DNA of 64,000 nucleotides, taken from Tubulanus polymorphus (taxonomy: Eukaryota; Animalia; Nemertea). This document shows, one piece after another, positions 62,264-64,000 of this stretch (position 1 is the stretch's first letter; every line of letters begins with the position of its first letter). The position numbers and the translations under genes were made by a program. Where the stretch lies: NCBI RefSeq assembly GCF_964204645.1, contig NC_134027.1:1-64000 (forward strand), given 5' to 3'. Below the pieces are notes generated by a model. It ran no database searches. It was not told where the DNA came from and saw nothing but the letters and a program-made list of their open reading frames with translations.

Positions 62264-62874
62264 AGTGAACAAAATGAGATTTCCATTTGTCGAATTATGA
62301 TAATTTCAATTACATGGTGTTAACAATCTGTAGAATGTTGCGAGTGAATCAGGCCGTTTCGCTCAGAGCTGATGCTGCTATAAATTGATGTTCATTTGAT
62401 TCATCTCGCATCAATATTTAGTTTCGCGCGAATCTCTAATTATATCGATTAGCAGATTACATAATCGAGGGCTCCGACCAGCGAGCGGCAACCTGCAGTT
62501 ATTACACAAGGAGATGTCATAAGCCCTCTGCCGTATTATTGGATTATTCGGCGCACTATAGAAATGTGACAATTACAATAATTCGAGGTGAAATTGCTGT
62601 AGGGGACTCTCAGTGTCGAGATGCTGTGAATTACAATATGGCAGATTTAGAGATGTTGATCCCCAGCGATCAAAGGATAATTATCATTTTAGTTCTGGGT
62701 CGTGATTGCATTTAGAGTTTCAAATTAGAACGTGTCTCTATTTCTGAGTCCGTGACGGGGTGTGAAAACAAACAACATTTGACTTTCCGCGAAATATTAT
62801 ATGGAATCTAGGGTTCAATGTAAAATAGTTTAATAAGATAAGGGTCAATATTGAAATAGTCTTAGTGGCCTTAC

Positions 62875-63006
62875 CTGTATGCGATCTGATATGTATCTGA
62901 AGAGCGCTGTCGCTTCCGAAAACTTTTTGGCAGAATCGGCATTTATGCTTAAAAAACGGGTCATCGCTAGCGTAAACAGACCGGTCGATACTACTGGAAT
63001 CTTTAT
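62875..63006 (-). CDS. sall: Spalt/Sal-like upstream exon encoding the first finger of the first doublet
   Basis: tttttacag|AT AAA GAT ... [31 protein letters not shown]|gtaagg; 132 nt, phase 1-1; joins in frame to 50087. Not in the ORF track. Confidence 0.93.
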
Positions 63007-64000
63007 CTGTAAAAACAAGCGCGAATCAAAACCGTAAATTAGACAAATTTCAAACTGAGAATTTTGAGTTTATAAATATATAGGAATTGGGTGCAGTTTC
63101 GCGAAAAAGTTCAACTCATTTCATTGCAGTTCGGTTCTTCGTGTTTTCAATAAGATAGGTAATTCAAACTTGAATTTTAACCATTTTTGTGAAATTGGAC
63201 CCTGAAGACTCAATGATTATCGGACTCCAAATGAACAACACGTTATATAGGGGTCTAGTCGTTCAATCCGTGATGAAATCTATGAGCTATAACTAGCGAT
63301 GGAATGACTGAAAATTAACCGCAATTGAGAATTCTACCTAGAATCGAACAAAACAAACAGCTCAAAGACTACTGCATTATGATGGGTAAACTGACTCACG
63401 GGTTGGAGATGTGGATGACTGATAATTTACCAGAAATTAATATTTCTACTAAGAATTTCGATTTAGCAAAACATACATTCTGGTGGATCGTGAGACTGAT
63501 AGGCAATACACAAGATTGTGACGGGTTGTGGTTATTGCATAAATTGAAAAATCTCAAATTCTTATTTAAATTTAACAAACAAATATGTATTAGTGAGACT
63601 GAGTAATGAAGGAGAGAGGGCTATAGAAGTTCTGACTCATCAGTTTGAATACTGTTTTGACAGTTGCGATATTTATTACTGGAAGATTTAAAAGTTATTG
63701 TGGCTGCTGGCTTCACTCAAAATCATGATTGCTATAAATTTAAAATCAAAAATAATTACTGTTTTTTTGTAAATTCGTCGAGCAAGAAATCATTGGAATG
63801 TAGCGTTAACCTGGCTGAAAGCTTCAACCAAAATAATCACTATTGAATTGAAATAAAAAAAAATGTATAATTTTGAGCGATGTCGATTGCTAAATTGAAT
63901 GAAAATAAGCAGGCTATCATTTTCGAATAGTGTCAATCTTCACTCAGCGACAGTGGTCTTGAGAGAGGGAGAGCGAGAGAGGGAGAGAGAGAGGGGGGAG

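Noticed and set aside
61787-62323. E/R/G- and S/P/L-rich ORFs
   Set aside because: GA microsatellite translation.

Overview
AT-rich metazoan genomic DNA, probably a lophotrochozoan invertebrate judging by the synapsin C-terminus. I reconstructed five spliced genes by hand. (1) The 3' half of synapsin (+, six coding exons, 12359-17624). (2) A complete TIMP gene (-, 6176-10329) nested antisense in the preceding synapsin intron. (3) An MS4A/CD20-like four-TM gene with a single coding exon (+, 23445-23993). (4) PDCD6/ALG-2 (+, 32257-39776), which carries two tandem 62-nt copies of the exon encoding the EF-hand-1 loop; these look like mutually exclusive exons. (5) The 3' part of a spalt/SALL zinc-finger gene (-, 47071-50087, plus a 132-nt exon at 62875-63006 across a 12.8-kb intron). 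The rest contains minisatellites, several MITE families, two inverted LINE remnants, a 3.9-kb TTAA-flanked TIR element filled with a ~200-bp satellite, and tandem arrays of a tRNA-like 76-78-bp B-box unit with embedded hairpin elements, located at gene boundaries. All gene models come from reading the sequence; none is checked against transcripts or databases.
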